DNA of 39,264 nucleotides from an uncultured Pleurocapsa sp. (GTDB lineage: Bacteria; Chloroflexota; Anaerolineae; Aggregatilineales; Phototrophicaceae): positions 19,066 through 58,329 of the forward strand of contig CAYTME010000005.1 in the NCBI GenBank assembly GCA_964438415.1, given 5' to 3'. Within the stretch, counting starts at the first letter, position 1. Each line of letters starts with the position of its first letter. Shown piece by piece: positions 27,523 to 37,904 of the stretch. The position numbers and the translations under genes were made by a program. The notes below the pieces were generated by a model. The model saw only the letters and a program-made list of their open reading frames with translations, did no database searches and was not told where the DNA came from.

Positions 27523-29016
27523 ATGTCATTCGATGGAATCGATCCGTACAACCTGCTGGGTGTTTCCCATCTCGCTACGTACGACGACATCAAAGCGGCA
27601 TATCGGCGTGCCGCACGACGCCTGCACCCTGACGCCAATGGCAACCCAGGGGCTAGCACGCAGTTTGCCCAGATCAACGCGGCCTATGAGCTGCTGATCG
27701 ACCCAAACAGGCGCAAAGGATATGATGCGCGCGCGGCGGTCAACGCCGCTGAGCAGCTCCATTTCACCCTGAAGGTGACACCGAGCAAGCGGCGTATCCC
27801 CCTGCTCCGAGAAGCGCAAGTGGTCTATCTACTAGCAGAGATATTTCCCGATCCGCGCGCCAATCAAGAGACGTTCAAACGCGAGTCGCGGCTGAACTTA
27901 TGCCTCGTGCTAGATCGCAGCAACTCGATGAATGGCCCGCGTCTGAATGAGGTAAAAGTCGCAGCGCATCAAATCATCGACCGCCTGAACGAGAACGATA
28001 TCCTCAGCCTGATTGCTTTCAACGACCGTGCCGAAGTGATCATCCCTGCGACGCCCGTCACTGACAAACCAGCACTCAAAGCGCGTGTCAGCATGATGTC
28101 CGCGGTCGGCGGTACGGAGATCTTTCAAGGCCTGCAAGCGGGGGTTGAGCAAACGCGCATGTTTTTGGCACCGCGTTTGATCAATCACGTCCTGCTGCTA
28201 ACGGATGGCCACACGTTCGGCGACCAGGACAAGGCGATTGCCTTGGCTCGCGAGGTTGCCAATGAGGGCATCATCATCAGCGCTATGGGACTAGGCCAAG
28301 AATGGAACGACAAGTTCCTCGATGAACTTGCCAGCAGCACCGGAGGCACCAGCAGCTACATCAATTCCGCCAACGCGGTCGTGCGCTTTCTCGATAACCA
28401 TGTGCGCAACCTTTCGAACGTGTTCGCCGACCGCGTGCAGCTTTCCATCGCCCCAGACCCAGATGTACGGCTCGAGCTGGCCTTCAAGCTCGCACCCAGC
28501 CCTCAGCAGCTCGACATCACACAGGGATACATACCTCTTGGCGGTCTTCAGCGAGGACGCAGTATCTCGGTCCTGATGCAGTTCGAGCTGCCAGCCGACC
28601 TTCGTCCGGGTTTTCGATCGGTCGCGCGGCTGGTGGTCGTCGGGGATATCTTGGCTGACCGCGTGCGCCGCTTCAATGCCCTCAGCGATCTCTCCCTGGA
28701 AATCAGCCCCGAGCAGGTGAACGAGAACCCACCCACTGCCATCCTCGACGCACTCGGCAAGCTCACCCTCTATCGAATGCAGGAACGTGCACAAGATGCG
28801 GTTGAGCGGGGTGACATTCGCCAGGCAACTCGTCACTTGGAAAACCTTGCGCTGCGTTTGCAAGCCATGGGTGAAACCGAGCTTGCGCAGCAGGCACTAC
28901 GTGAGGCACAGCAGGTTGCCCACACTTCCGCGCTGACAGATCGGGGGCGTAAAACACTCAAATATCAAACACGCCACCTGATGGCAAGGTCAGAAAACGA
29001 GGATCAGGACGCATGA
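27523..29016 (+). CDS. J-domain / von Willebrand factor A fusion protein
   Basis: DPY.LLGV...IK.AYR..A..LHPD (J domain); MIDAS DRSNS, GGT, LLTDG; helical C-terminus. Confidence 0.92.
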   Translation: MSFDGIDPYNLLGVSHLATYDDIKAAYRRAARRLHPDANGNPGASTQFAQINAAYELLIDPNRRKGYDARAAVNAAEQLHFTLKVTPSKRRIPLLREAQVVYLLAEIFPDPRANQETFKRESRLNLCLVLDRSNSMNGPRLNEVKVAAHQIIDRLNENDILSLIAFNDRAEVIIPATPVTDKPALKARVSMMSAVGGTEIFQGLQAGVEQTRMFLAPRLINHVLLLTDGHTFGDQDKAIALAREVANEGIIISAMGLGQEWNDKFLDELASSTGGTSSYINSANAVVRFLDNHVRNLSNVFADRVQLSIAPDPDVRLELAFKLAPSPQQLDITQGYIPLGGLQRGRSISVLMQFELPADLRPGFRSVARLVVVGDILADRVRRFNALSDLSLEISPEQVNENPPTAILDALGKLTLYRMQERAQDAVERGDIRQATRHLENLALRLQAMGETELAQQALREAQQVAHTSALTDRGRKTLKYQTRHLMARSENEDQDA

Positions 29017-29534
29017 GACAGTGTCCATACTGCGGCACGTCCAACCGCGCTGGCGCTTACTTCTGTGACGACTGCGGACAGCCGCTGCATCAGGACGCGG
29101 CCTCGGCCACACTTCCAACCCGCCAGATCGACCTGGTAACCAGCGAGTTTAGCAGCAAAGCGCGCTGGGGAACTGCGCATTTCGCCGAAGATGCGCTTGT
29201 GCTTTTTCACATTCGTGATGTTCCCGAACCGATCGCTGTTCAACCACATGATCGCCTCCTGATTGGTCGAGCTGATGCCCACAGCGACATCCAACCAGAT
29301 CTCGACCTCACCCCATACGGGGCCATGGAAAAAGGTGTCTCGCGCAGCCATGCCATGCTGTTCCGTACTGAAGACACATTAACCATTATCGATTTGGGCA
29401 GCGCCAACGGAACCCATCTCAATGGCCAGCGGTTGGTGCCTGAACAGCCGCGCGTGCTGCGCGATGGCGACGAGATCCGCTTCGGCAAGCTGGTCGCGCA
29501 TATCTATTTCAAAACAAGCGGCTTGCCCGGTTGA
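29013..29534 (+). CDS. Zinc-ribbon + FHA domain protein
   Basis: CPYCG...FCDDCG; IGR, VSR.HA, DLGS.NGT; ATGA-coupled to the J-vWA gene. Confidence 0.93.
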   Translation: MRQCPYCGTSNRAGAYFCDDCGQPLHQDAASATLPTRQIDLVTSEFSSKARWGTAHFAEDALVLFHIRDVPEPIAVQPHDRLLIGRADAHSDIQPDLDLTPYGAMEKGVSRSHAMLFRTEDTLTIIDLGSANGTHLNGQRLVPEQPRVLRDGDEIRFGKLVAHIYFKTSGLPG

Positions 29535-29646
29535 GCAGCACATTCAAAGCGAACTTCTATCGTTCCAAGCCAACATGTCTGATACTATCCGGGTATCGGA
29601 CTCATTCGCTCATCAAGCGAAATCAATTCACATGGAGTACAGCCGA

Positions 29647-29892
29647 ATGTACACACTGCTGCTGCATATTGCGAATGCCGACCCGGTCAAAGTCGATCTA
29701 GAAGACCTGCCCCATCCACAAGATCAGATCATTATCGGCAAGAACCCGCGCGACAAAGCCGACAGAGACGTGGCATGGCTGGAAGACGGCGTCTCCACGG
29801 TGATTTTTCCCTGGTGGCGCATTACCTTCATCGAAGTCCTGCCGTCCGCAGCGGAAGAAGAAGCCTATCCACTGCCGTTCCGCAACGACTGA
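29647..29892 (+). CDS. Small hypothetical protein (81 aa)
   Basis: GGAG RBS before ATG 29647; beta-rich, protein-like sequence. Confidence 0.7.
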   Translation: MYTLLLHIANADPVKVDLEDLPHPQDQIIIGKNPRDKADRDVAWLEDGVSTVIFPWWRITFIEVLPSAAEEEAYPLPFRND

Positions 29893-30065
29893 GCACGGCA
29901 CGATTTGAGGATATTCAAAAAACGGTACGATGCTGCCGGTCAAAACACAAACGCGATCCGCTGAGTCACGATACAGCGTCAGGGATAGGAAAAAGCGGAT
30001 CCGGTCGTAGATTTCTCTCGACCACGAGCTTAAAATTGGCATCGTAAGAAGCGGTGGACAATCTC

Positions 30066-30812
30066 ATGACGATCTCTCCCAAACTTCCACGCACCATCCA
30101 GCGCGATGGCAAACGCATCCTTGTGGTCGATGACGAGCCGCGCATGATCAACTTCATCCGCATGAACTTGGAGCTGGAAGGTCACCAAGTCATCGAGGCG
30201 CACACAGGACTCGAAGCGCTCGAAGCTGTGCGCACCAAACTGCCCGACATCGTTCTGCTCGACGTGATGATGCCGGAACTCGACGGCTTCGAAACGCTGC
30301 GCCTGCTGCGCGAGTTTTCGACCATCCCAGTGATCATGCTGACAGCAAAAGGTGAGGAAAACGACAAGGTCTACGGGCTGGAACTGGGCGCAGATGACTA
30401 CATCACAAAACCTTTCGGCCCGCGCGAGCTGACCAGCCGCATCAAGGCGGTGCTGCGCCGCGCGGACATGCCGTCCGCTGCGCCGAGCCAAGCGGTGCTC
30501 AAAATCGATGACCGTCTTAGCGTCGATTTCAACCGCCGCGAGGTGATCGTCAACGGCGAGCGCATTAAATTACGTCCGACCGAGTATCGCCTGCTCTACC
30601 ACCTGATCGAAAACGCGGGGTGGACTGTTCCCCACGATCAACTGCTGGCGAAAGTCTGGGGATATGAGTACCGCGACGAGGCGCATTACGTCCGTCTGTA
30701 CGTCAACTACCTGCGCGAGAAGATCGAGGAAGATCCCAGCAACCCCAAATACATCCTGACCGAGCGCGGCGTCGGCTATCGATTCGTCGATTTCAAACGA
30801 GAAGATGCCTGA
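30066..30812 (+). CDS. OmpR/PhoB-family response regulator (KdpE-like)
   Basis: [28 protein letters not shown]; winged helix ending ILTERGVGY. Alternative start GTG 30054. Confidence 0.95.
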   Translation: MTISPKLPRTIQRDGKRILVVDDEPRMINFIRMNLELEGHQVIEAHTGLEALEAVRTKLPDIVLLDVMMPELDGFETLRLLREFSTIPVIMLTAKGEENDKVYGLELGADDYITKPFGPRELTSRIKAVLRRADMPSAAPSQAVLKIDDRLSVDFNRREVIVNGERIKLRPTEYRLLYHLIENAGWTVPHDQLLAKVWGYEYRDEAHYVRLYVNYLREKIEEDPSNPKYILTERGVGYRFVDFKREDA

Positions 30813-31625
30813 TCACCCCAGCGCCACATCGAGCAGCATCATCAACGCAAAACCGAACATGAGGCCCATTGTCGCGAGGTCGTGGTTACCTCCAGCTTGC
30901 GACTCCGGGATCACTTCTTCAACGACGACGAAGATCATCGCCCCCGCTGCGAACGCCAGTGCGTAAGGCAGCAGCGGACGCGCAATCAGCACAGCCGCCG
31001 CACCAAACACGCCAGCGATCGGTTCCACCATGCCGGAAATCTGACCGTACCAGAAGCTCTTGCCGGGGCTAAGACCCTCGCGACGAAGCGGCGCGGCCAC
31101 CGCGATCCCCTCAGGGAAGTTTTGCAGACCGATCCCGATCGCTAATGCGACCGCCGCGCTGAACGATGCGGACTCCAGCCCTGCCGCCGCCGCACCGAAT
31201 GCCACACCAACGGCGAGACCCTCCGGAATGTTGTGCAGTGTAATCGCAGTGACCAGCAGCACCGCGCGCTGCCAGCTCGTCTTCAGACCCTCGGCCTCCC
31301 GCGTTGGCTGGAAGATGTGGACGTGCGGCAGTATCGTGTCAACTCCTCGCAAAAACAGTCCGCCAAGCAAGAAACCCGTCACAGCCGGCAGCCATGCGGG
31401 AACTCCCTGCTCTTCGGCAAGTTCGATCGCCGGAGCCAACAGGGACCAGTAACTGGCCGCGATCATGACGCCTGCTGCCAATCCGAGCAGCCAGTCGAGC
31501 AGCTTGCGGCTGACGGTGCGCGTAAGAAACACGGTGGCAGCGCCGAGCGCGGTGACGCCCCAGGTAAACAACGTCGCGATCAATGCCAGCACGACGGGAG
31601 AAGATCCGGCGATGGTGTCGAGCAT
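30813..31625 (-). CDS. ZIP (ZupT/GufA) family metal transporter
   Basis: [43 protein letters not shown]. Confidence 0.93.
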   Translation of the reverse strand: MLDTIAGSSPVVLALIATLFTWGVTALGAATVFLTRTVSRKLLDWLLGLAAGVMIAASYWSLLAPAIELAEEQGVPAWLPAVTGFLLGGLFLRGVDTILPHVHIFQPTREAEGLKTSWQRAVLLVTAITLHNIPEGLAVGVAFGAAAAGLESASFSAAVALAIGIGLQNFPEGIAVAAPLRREGLSPGKSFWYGQISGMVEPIAGVFGAAAVLIARPLLPYALAFAAGAMIFVVVEEVIPESQAGGNHDLATMGLMFGFALMMLLDVALG

Positions 31626-31741
31626 GAGATTATCGTCTGCGCCTTTTCCCGCTCTTGTATCCAGTCGAAGCTGTGTGCACCTATCGTCCGGCCCTTCGGC
31701 ATATAAGGACAGCATTCAGTCAAATGCATCTGGTGCTGCCA

Positions 31742-31820
31742 GCAAACCTTCGGCAGATAGGTTCACAGAGGTGAGAGCAGATTGTCCCAATATCAGGAAA
31801 ACCTCCGCTGGAAGGTTTGC
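31742..31820. repeat. Imperfect inverted repeat in the ZIP/dnaK intergenic region
   Basis: GCAAACCTTC (31742-51) / GAAGGTTTGC (31811-20), with imperfect complementarity extending about 10 bp further inward. Confidence 0.6.
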
Positions 31821-32074
31821 GAAGATATCGCCAATCTTATCATCGTCCTGACCGAGGGTGTCGAACAACGGCGATTTGAACCCACGATTTGGAATTGCCG
31901 GCTCTTCAATGTTCAGCTCTGTACCGCCAATTTTAGCGCGAGTCTCGTTCCAATATAGCTCTTACACTCGACCGATACCGGTCTAACAAGCGCTCTCTAG
32001 ACTCAACGATGCAAAGTGAGTGATTCAACGCAGGGTCTGCTGACCCTGTGCCAGGAGCGTTAGGAGCAGCGGTC

Positions 32075-33958
<1,884 letters not shown>

Positions 33959-33990
33959 ACGCACTGCTCAGCGGCACGCAGCGGAAATAA

Positions 33991-34028
33991 TACAGGGCGA
34001 GTCGACAACTCGCCCTGTACGCGTTTTT
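33991..34028. terminator. Probable bidirectional terminator between convergent dnaK and phosphoesterase genes
   Basis: TACAGGGCGAGT-CGACA-ACTCGCCCTGTA: perfect 12-bp stem, with TTTTT shortly downstream and AAATAA upstream. Confidence 0.75.
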
Positions 34029-34037
34029 GCGCTGGCG

Positions 34038-35876
34038 TTATTCCGCGTCGTCGATGATGCTGAACTCGTCAAACAGGCGGATTTCGCTGCCAGGCTGACG
34101 TGCGTCGAACACATAGCTGCTGATGACACCGGTGGAGGTATCGAGCACGCTGAAGGCCGTCAAATCGTTGCTGGCGATGCACGGCAGCGGATCGCCATTC
34201 TCGTAAGTCATCGGCGCGAATACGCTCGGCATGATCGGCTGCAGACCGTGCGGGTCGCCAAAGGGTGCGTAGTTAGCGGCATTGTAGCGCGCATCTCGCG
34301 GCACGTTCCCGCGCTCGCGGTAGCCCTCTAGGTAACAGCCGTAGTTGTTGCCGACGTTAGCCGTTTCAAGGATGTCGATGCCGCCCTCGGTTTCCATGCG
34401 GAACCAGAGATGCGAGTGGCCTTGGTGCATGAGTTGAACACCCGCTTCCTCCAGCAGCGGCATAACATCGCGCATGAGAATGTCATCCTCAATCGGGTAC
34501 TCGTAGCGCACAGCGATGATACGCCCCTGGTCGTCACGGTCGATAATCTGCACGGGATGGGCCATCACCGGGTTATAGTTGTCACCGACGCCATGCGGCC
34601 CCTGATGCAGCAGCACGATCTTGTAGCGCGCGTTTCGGAACGCTTCGCTGTTGAGCTGCTCGACCAGCCACTCGTACTGCGGGCTGCCCGCCTGCAAGTC
34701 CTCGAAGATGAAATCGCCGTAACCCCATTCAACAGGGTTATTCAGGTCGCGCAGGCGTTCGCGATATTTGCCGCGCGCATCATCCCCCAGGCTGGGAGTG
34801 CGCCAGATGCGTGTGCTGTAGAGCGAGATCAGGTAAATATCACCGTACTGCAAGCTGTAATACGTCTCGCGGCCAGGACTATCGGCCGGCAGCGTAAAGA
34901 TCTCCTCGTAGGTGATCGTGTTATACGAGTTATCGAGGATCCACTGCTCACGGATGGCCGGGTCACCGGTCGGGTTGACAAGATCGGCAATCTCCTCGTA
35001 GCGTGCTTCCGCGACCGCACGAGGTTGTGGATCGTTGTACTGGTAACCGAGTTCGTTGCCAGGATTGAAGCGCCCCATCACCTCATGGTTGCCCGTAGCG
35101 GGGAAAAGTGGCGCATACTGGATAATCGCGCCACCACTGTAATTGGCCGTGCTCACGGAGGTGAAACCCTCGCCCTGAAATGTGCGCTCTAGCACTGCCG
35201 TTGAACGCCCCTGTAAAGCTGGGAAAAATGCGCGGCCCCGATTGTCATCGAACCACTCTGAAGCGCGATCCGGGATGTTCTGCAAGTCCCCTGCCAAGAA
35301 CACCGCGTCCAGTGCGCCTTCGCCGAAGAATTCGACGATCTTTTGCATATTGGTCGGCGTCATCGGCATGAGCTGGTTGTCGCTGGTGAGCAGAATGCGT
35401 AGCGGCTGACCGGGCGCCGGCAGAGGCTGCAAGCTGAAGGTATCGCTCACGATCTCGGTGCCATTGTCGGCGATGCTGGTGACGAAGTAGGGCACCCGCA
35501 CGCCCTGCGCTAAACCGCTCACATACGCTTCATGACGCCAGATATCGCGAGGCGTATAAGCAGTGTAGAGCTGCCCATCTTCGACCTGCTCGCCCACACG
35601 CGATCGCTGGTCCTCGGCTAGACGGCTCATCTTCATCGTTTCAGCCTCGACCACCTGATCAAGATTAGTGCCGTAAGTGACAGTATGACCGCTGCCTTCG
35701 AACTCCGTGAACCAAACGACGTGTACGCCGTCTTCGGTCGGAAGCTGCAAAAACGGATCGGTCAGCAGGACGGGGGCTGCTTCCGCCGCGCTTTCCTGCG
35801 CGATCAGTGGCAGCGCGCTTGCTGCTAGTAGGCCAAGCACAAGGACGACGATCAAGCCGAGTTTTTGTTTGGACAT
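34038..35876 (-). CDS. Secreted calcineurin-like metallophosphoesterase (purple acid phosphatase-like)
   Basis: Signal peptide, Fn3-like N-domain, TSDNQ, AGDL, GNHE, GHSH motifs; GGAGGAG RBS. Confidence 0.88.
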   Translation of the reverse strand: MSKQKLGLIVVLVLGLLAASALPLIAQESAAEAAPVLLTDPFLQLPTEDGVHVVWFTEFEGSGHTVTYGTNLDQVVEAETMKMSRLAEDQRSRVGEQVEDGQLYTAYTPRDIWRHEAYVSGLAQGVRVPYFVTSIADNGTEIVSDTFSLQPLPAPGQPLRILLTSDNQLMPMTPTNMQKIVEFFGEGALDAVFLAGDLQNIPDRASEWFDDNRGRAFFPALQGRSTAVLERTFQGEGFTSVSTANYSGGAIIQYAPLFPATGNHEVMGRFNPGNELGYQYNDPQPRAVAEARYEEIADLVNPTGDPAIREQWILDNSYNTITYEEIFTLPADSPGRETYYSLQYGDIYLISLYSTRIWRTPSLGDDARGKYRERLRDLNNPVEWGYGDFIFEDLQAGSPQYEWLVEQLNSEAFRNARYKIVLLHQGPHGVGDNYNPVMAHPVQIIDRDDQGRIIAVRYEYPIEDDILMRDVMPLLEEAGVQLMHQGHSHLWFRMETEGGIDILETANVGNNYGCYLEGYRERGNVPRDARYNAANYAPFGDPHGLQPIMPSVFAPMTYENGDPLPCIASNDLTAFSVLDTSTGVISSYVFDARQPGSEIRLFDEFSIIDDAE

Positions 35877-36105
35877 TCCGCTGCACTCTCCTCCACTCTG
35901 GACTGGTCGATACAGGCTTTACCGACTTCGGGCAACTATCAGTCTGACCAGCTACGTTTAAATTCAGGGCAAATCGCGTCCAAGCTGGGTTTATGGCGCG
36001 GTGAAATCTGAAACTGACTCTCCTGTGCAGCCTGCCCGAACACAACCCTTTAGCGGGAGAGCAGGCCGATGTAGACTCCATGGATCGCTTTCATAAAAAA
36101 GAACT

Positions 36106-36831
36106 TTGCATGTGAAACCCTTCAGCTACTTCGATCTGCTCGACGCGTTTGTCTTGTCCGGTTGTCCTGTCTGCCGTCTGCTCAGCGCAGACTCAGAACG
36201 TTTCATCGGCCTCTTGCTGCGCGAAAGTACAACCGATCCCGGCATCCAGCAGCGATTCCGCGCGAGCCGCGGCCTATGCAACTACCACGCCTGGCAGATG
36301 CGTGAATTTAAAGGCTACGCATCGAGCGTGGCTGTGCTTTATGAGGCCGCGCTCGATGAGCTGATCGATGTGCTCAACAGCACTGCTTCCAAGAACCCAG
36401 CGACCAACCTGCTGCGCCGCATAAGCCCCAGCACACGTGGCGACCAAGCAGCGGGCAGCTTGGAAGAGGCTCAGAAATGCCAGTGCTGCGAGCTAATGGA
36501 TCAGGCAGAACAGCGGTATATACACACGATTGCGAGCCACTTTGGTGAAGAGCAAATGCAGGAGGCCTACCGCGCATCCGATGGGCTGTGCCTGCCGCAT
36601 TTTCGACTCTTGATACACAAACTCAACAGCGGCGATCACGTACGCATGGTCGCAGAGGCGCAGATACGCAAGTGGCAAAGCCTCAAAGGGGAGATTGATC
36701 TCTACCTGCGCAATCTCGATGGACGGCGCCTGCAAGAGCCGATGGGCGCGGAAGGTGACAGTTGGATCCGCGCCATCGAGATCGTCGCGGGAGTACGCGG
36801 CGTCTTCGGGATGCGCCGCAAGCGCGAGTGA
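36106..36831 (+). CDS. DUF6062-like protein with duplicated CxxC...CxxH motifs
   Basis: GCPVC...SRGLCNYH and CQCC...SDGLCLPH. Start is TTG 36106 or GTG 36112. Confidence 0.75.
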   Translation: MHVKPFSYFDLLDAFVLSGCPVCRLLSADSERFIGLLLRESTTDPGIQQRFRASRGLCNYHAWQMREFKGYASSVAVLYEAALDELIDVLNSTASKNPATNLLRRISPSTRGDQAAGSLEEAQKCQCCELMDQAEQRYIHTIASHFGEEQMQEAYRASDGLCLPHFRLLIHKLNSGDHVRMVAEAQIRKWQSLKGEIDLYLRNLDGRRLQEPMGAEGDSWIRAIEIVAGVRGVFGMRRKRE

Positions 36832-36839
36832 TCGGCAGC

Positions 36840-37874
36840 CTATACCTCGGCGAGTCCACGCAAATTACGATAGGCGGACTCGAAGTCGGCGATCATCGCC
36901 TCTTTCTCCGCCGCCTCCAGATTGCTGGCACGTACCGCATTCAAGGCGATTTCTTCCAGCTCGGGTATCGTGATCAAACCCTGTTCGACGGCGGTCAGAT
37001 ACTCATCATTAAGCGATGACTGGTAGAGCGCGGGCATATCGCTCGAAAGCACGACAGGCACTCCAGTGTCATAGAGCTGGCGCAAAGGGTAGCTCGCGGC
37101 GTCTGCGACCCACCCGTGCTTGACTGCGCGTGCCAAACTCAAACAGGCAGCCGCCCCGTTTTCGCGCATTTTCGCAACCGCCTCATTGGACTCGGCCAGC
37201 CCGCGCGCATCGATGATCCGTGACGGCGCCAGCGCCTCGATCGCTTTGACGATGCCTTCTGCACCGTACTCTTCACCAGCACGGACAGCGCGGGCAACAT
37301 CGCGTTTCTCCGCCGTCTTGAACGGCCGCTCGAACTGACCCACGGGCATGATGCTCTCGCGTCCTATCAAGCCGATGCCGACCACGCCCGCTTTACGTGA
37401 TGACGGACTGGTCGCCCAGCGCACAATATCCTCGGCACGGCGCGGCTCCTCACGCGGGATCGAGATGATCCAGCCCAACTTGATCTTCCAGGCGCGCTCC
37501 GCTCGATCACGTCCGTCGTTGATGACAGCAAGAAACTCATCTGGCTGGAGCGCCAGCACCCCGTACAGAGTCGGGTCAATCGAGATCTCGGCGTAGCGCA
37601 CATTCTGCTTATGCAAAGTCGTCCCCAGTTCGTAGACGACGTATTTGAGGTCATCGGGTGTGGTCAGCCAACTCGCTGCCATCTTGATGATATCATCCAG
37701 CCGTGTGTAATCCGGCTTGCGCAGCAGCTCCATCCACACCGGGAAATGCTTCAAATGATCGCCAATTTCGTTCTGGTCGGCAATGACTGCGACCGTCTCT
37801 GGCCGCATCGCACCGGACAGATGGACGTTGATCTCGACTTTGGGCATCGCTTTGACATAATCCGAAAGCGCCAT
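36840..37874 (-). CDS. Adenosine deaminase-fold protein with degenerate metal site
   Basis: MPKVE..VHL.G, NVRYAEI, VVGIGL.G.E, RAGE, PL..L...GVPV.LSSD.P, L.DEY. Confidence 0.88.
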   Translation of the reverse strand: MALSDYVKAMPKVEINVHLSGAMRPETVAVIADQNEIGDHLKHFPVWMELLRKPDYTRLDDIIKMAASWLTTPDDLKYVVYELGTTLHKQNVRYAEISIDPTLYGVLALQPDEFLAVINDGRDRAERAWKIKLGWIISIPREEPRRAEDIVRWATSPSSRKAGVVGIGLIGRESIMPVGQFERPFKTAEKRDVARAVRAGEEYGAEGIVKAIEALAPSRIIDARGLAESNEAVAKMRENGAAACLSLARAVKHGWVADAASYPLRQLYDTGVPVVLSSDMPALYQSSLNDEYLTAVEQGLITIPELEEIALNAVRASNLEAAEKEAMIADFESAYRNLRGLAEV

Positions 37875-37904
37875 GACTGTCTTTCCTTACCTGGGTGCAA
37901 CTCT

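Noticed and set aside
29550-29565. Second LexA box (GAAC...GTTC)
   Set aside because: The spacer is 7 nt rather than 4.
31860-31890. GGGTTCAAATC on the minus strand resembling a tRNA T-loop
   Set aside because: The flanks (GTGGG/CGCCG) do not form a T-stem and no cloverleaf can be built.
31930-32035. CIRCE or HAIR operator upstream of dnaK
   Set aside because: Only partial half-sites (TTAGC, ACTCAA, TGAGT) with wrong spacing; no TTAGCACTC-N9-GAGTGCTAA or CTTGAGT-N7-ACTCAAG.
34410-35192. Long antisense/overlapping ORFs (also 14338-15075, 19444-20139, 21874-22539, 6875-7432)
   Set aside because: They shadow well-supported genes, lack motifs, and are expected in GC-rich DNA.
35895-36070. Riboswitch in the phosphoesterase/DUF6062 intergenic region
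   Set aside because: Only short 6-bp stems (CTGGTC/GACCAG, GCCTGC/GCAGGC) and no recognisable aptamer consensus.
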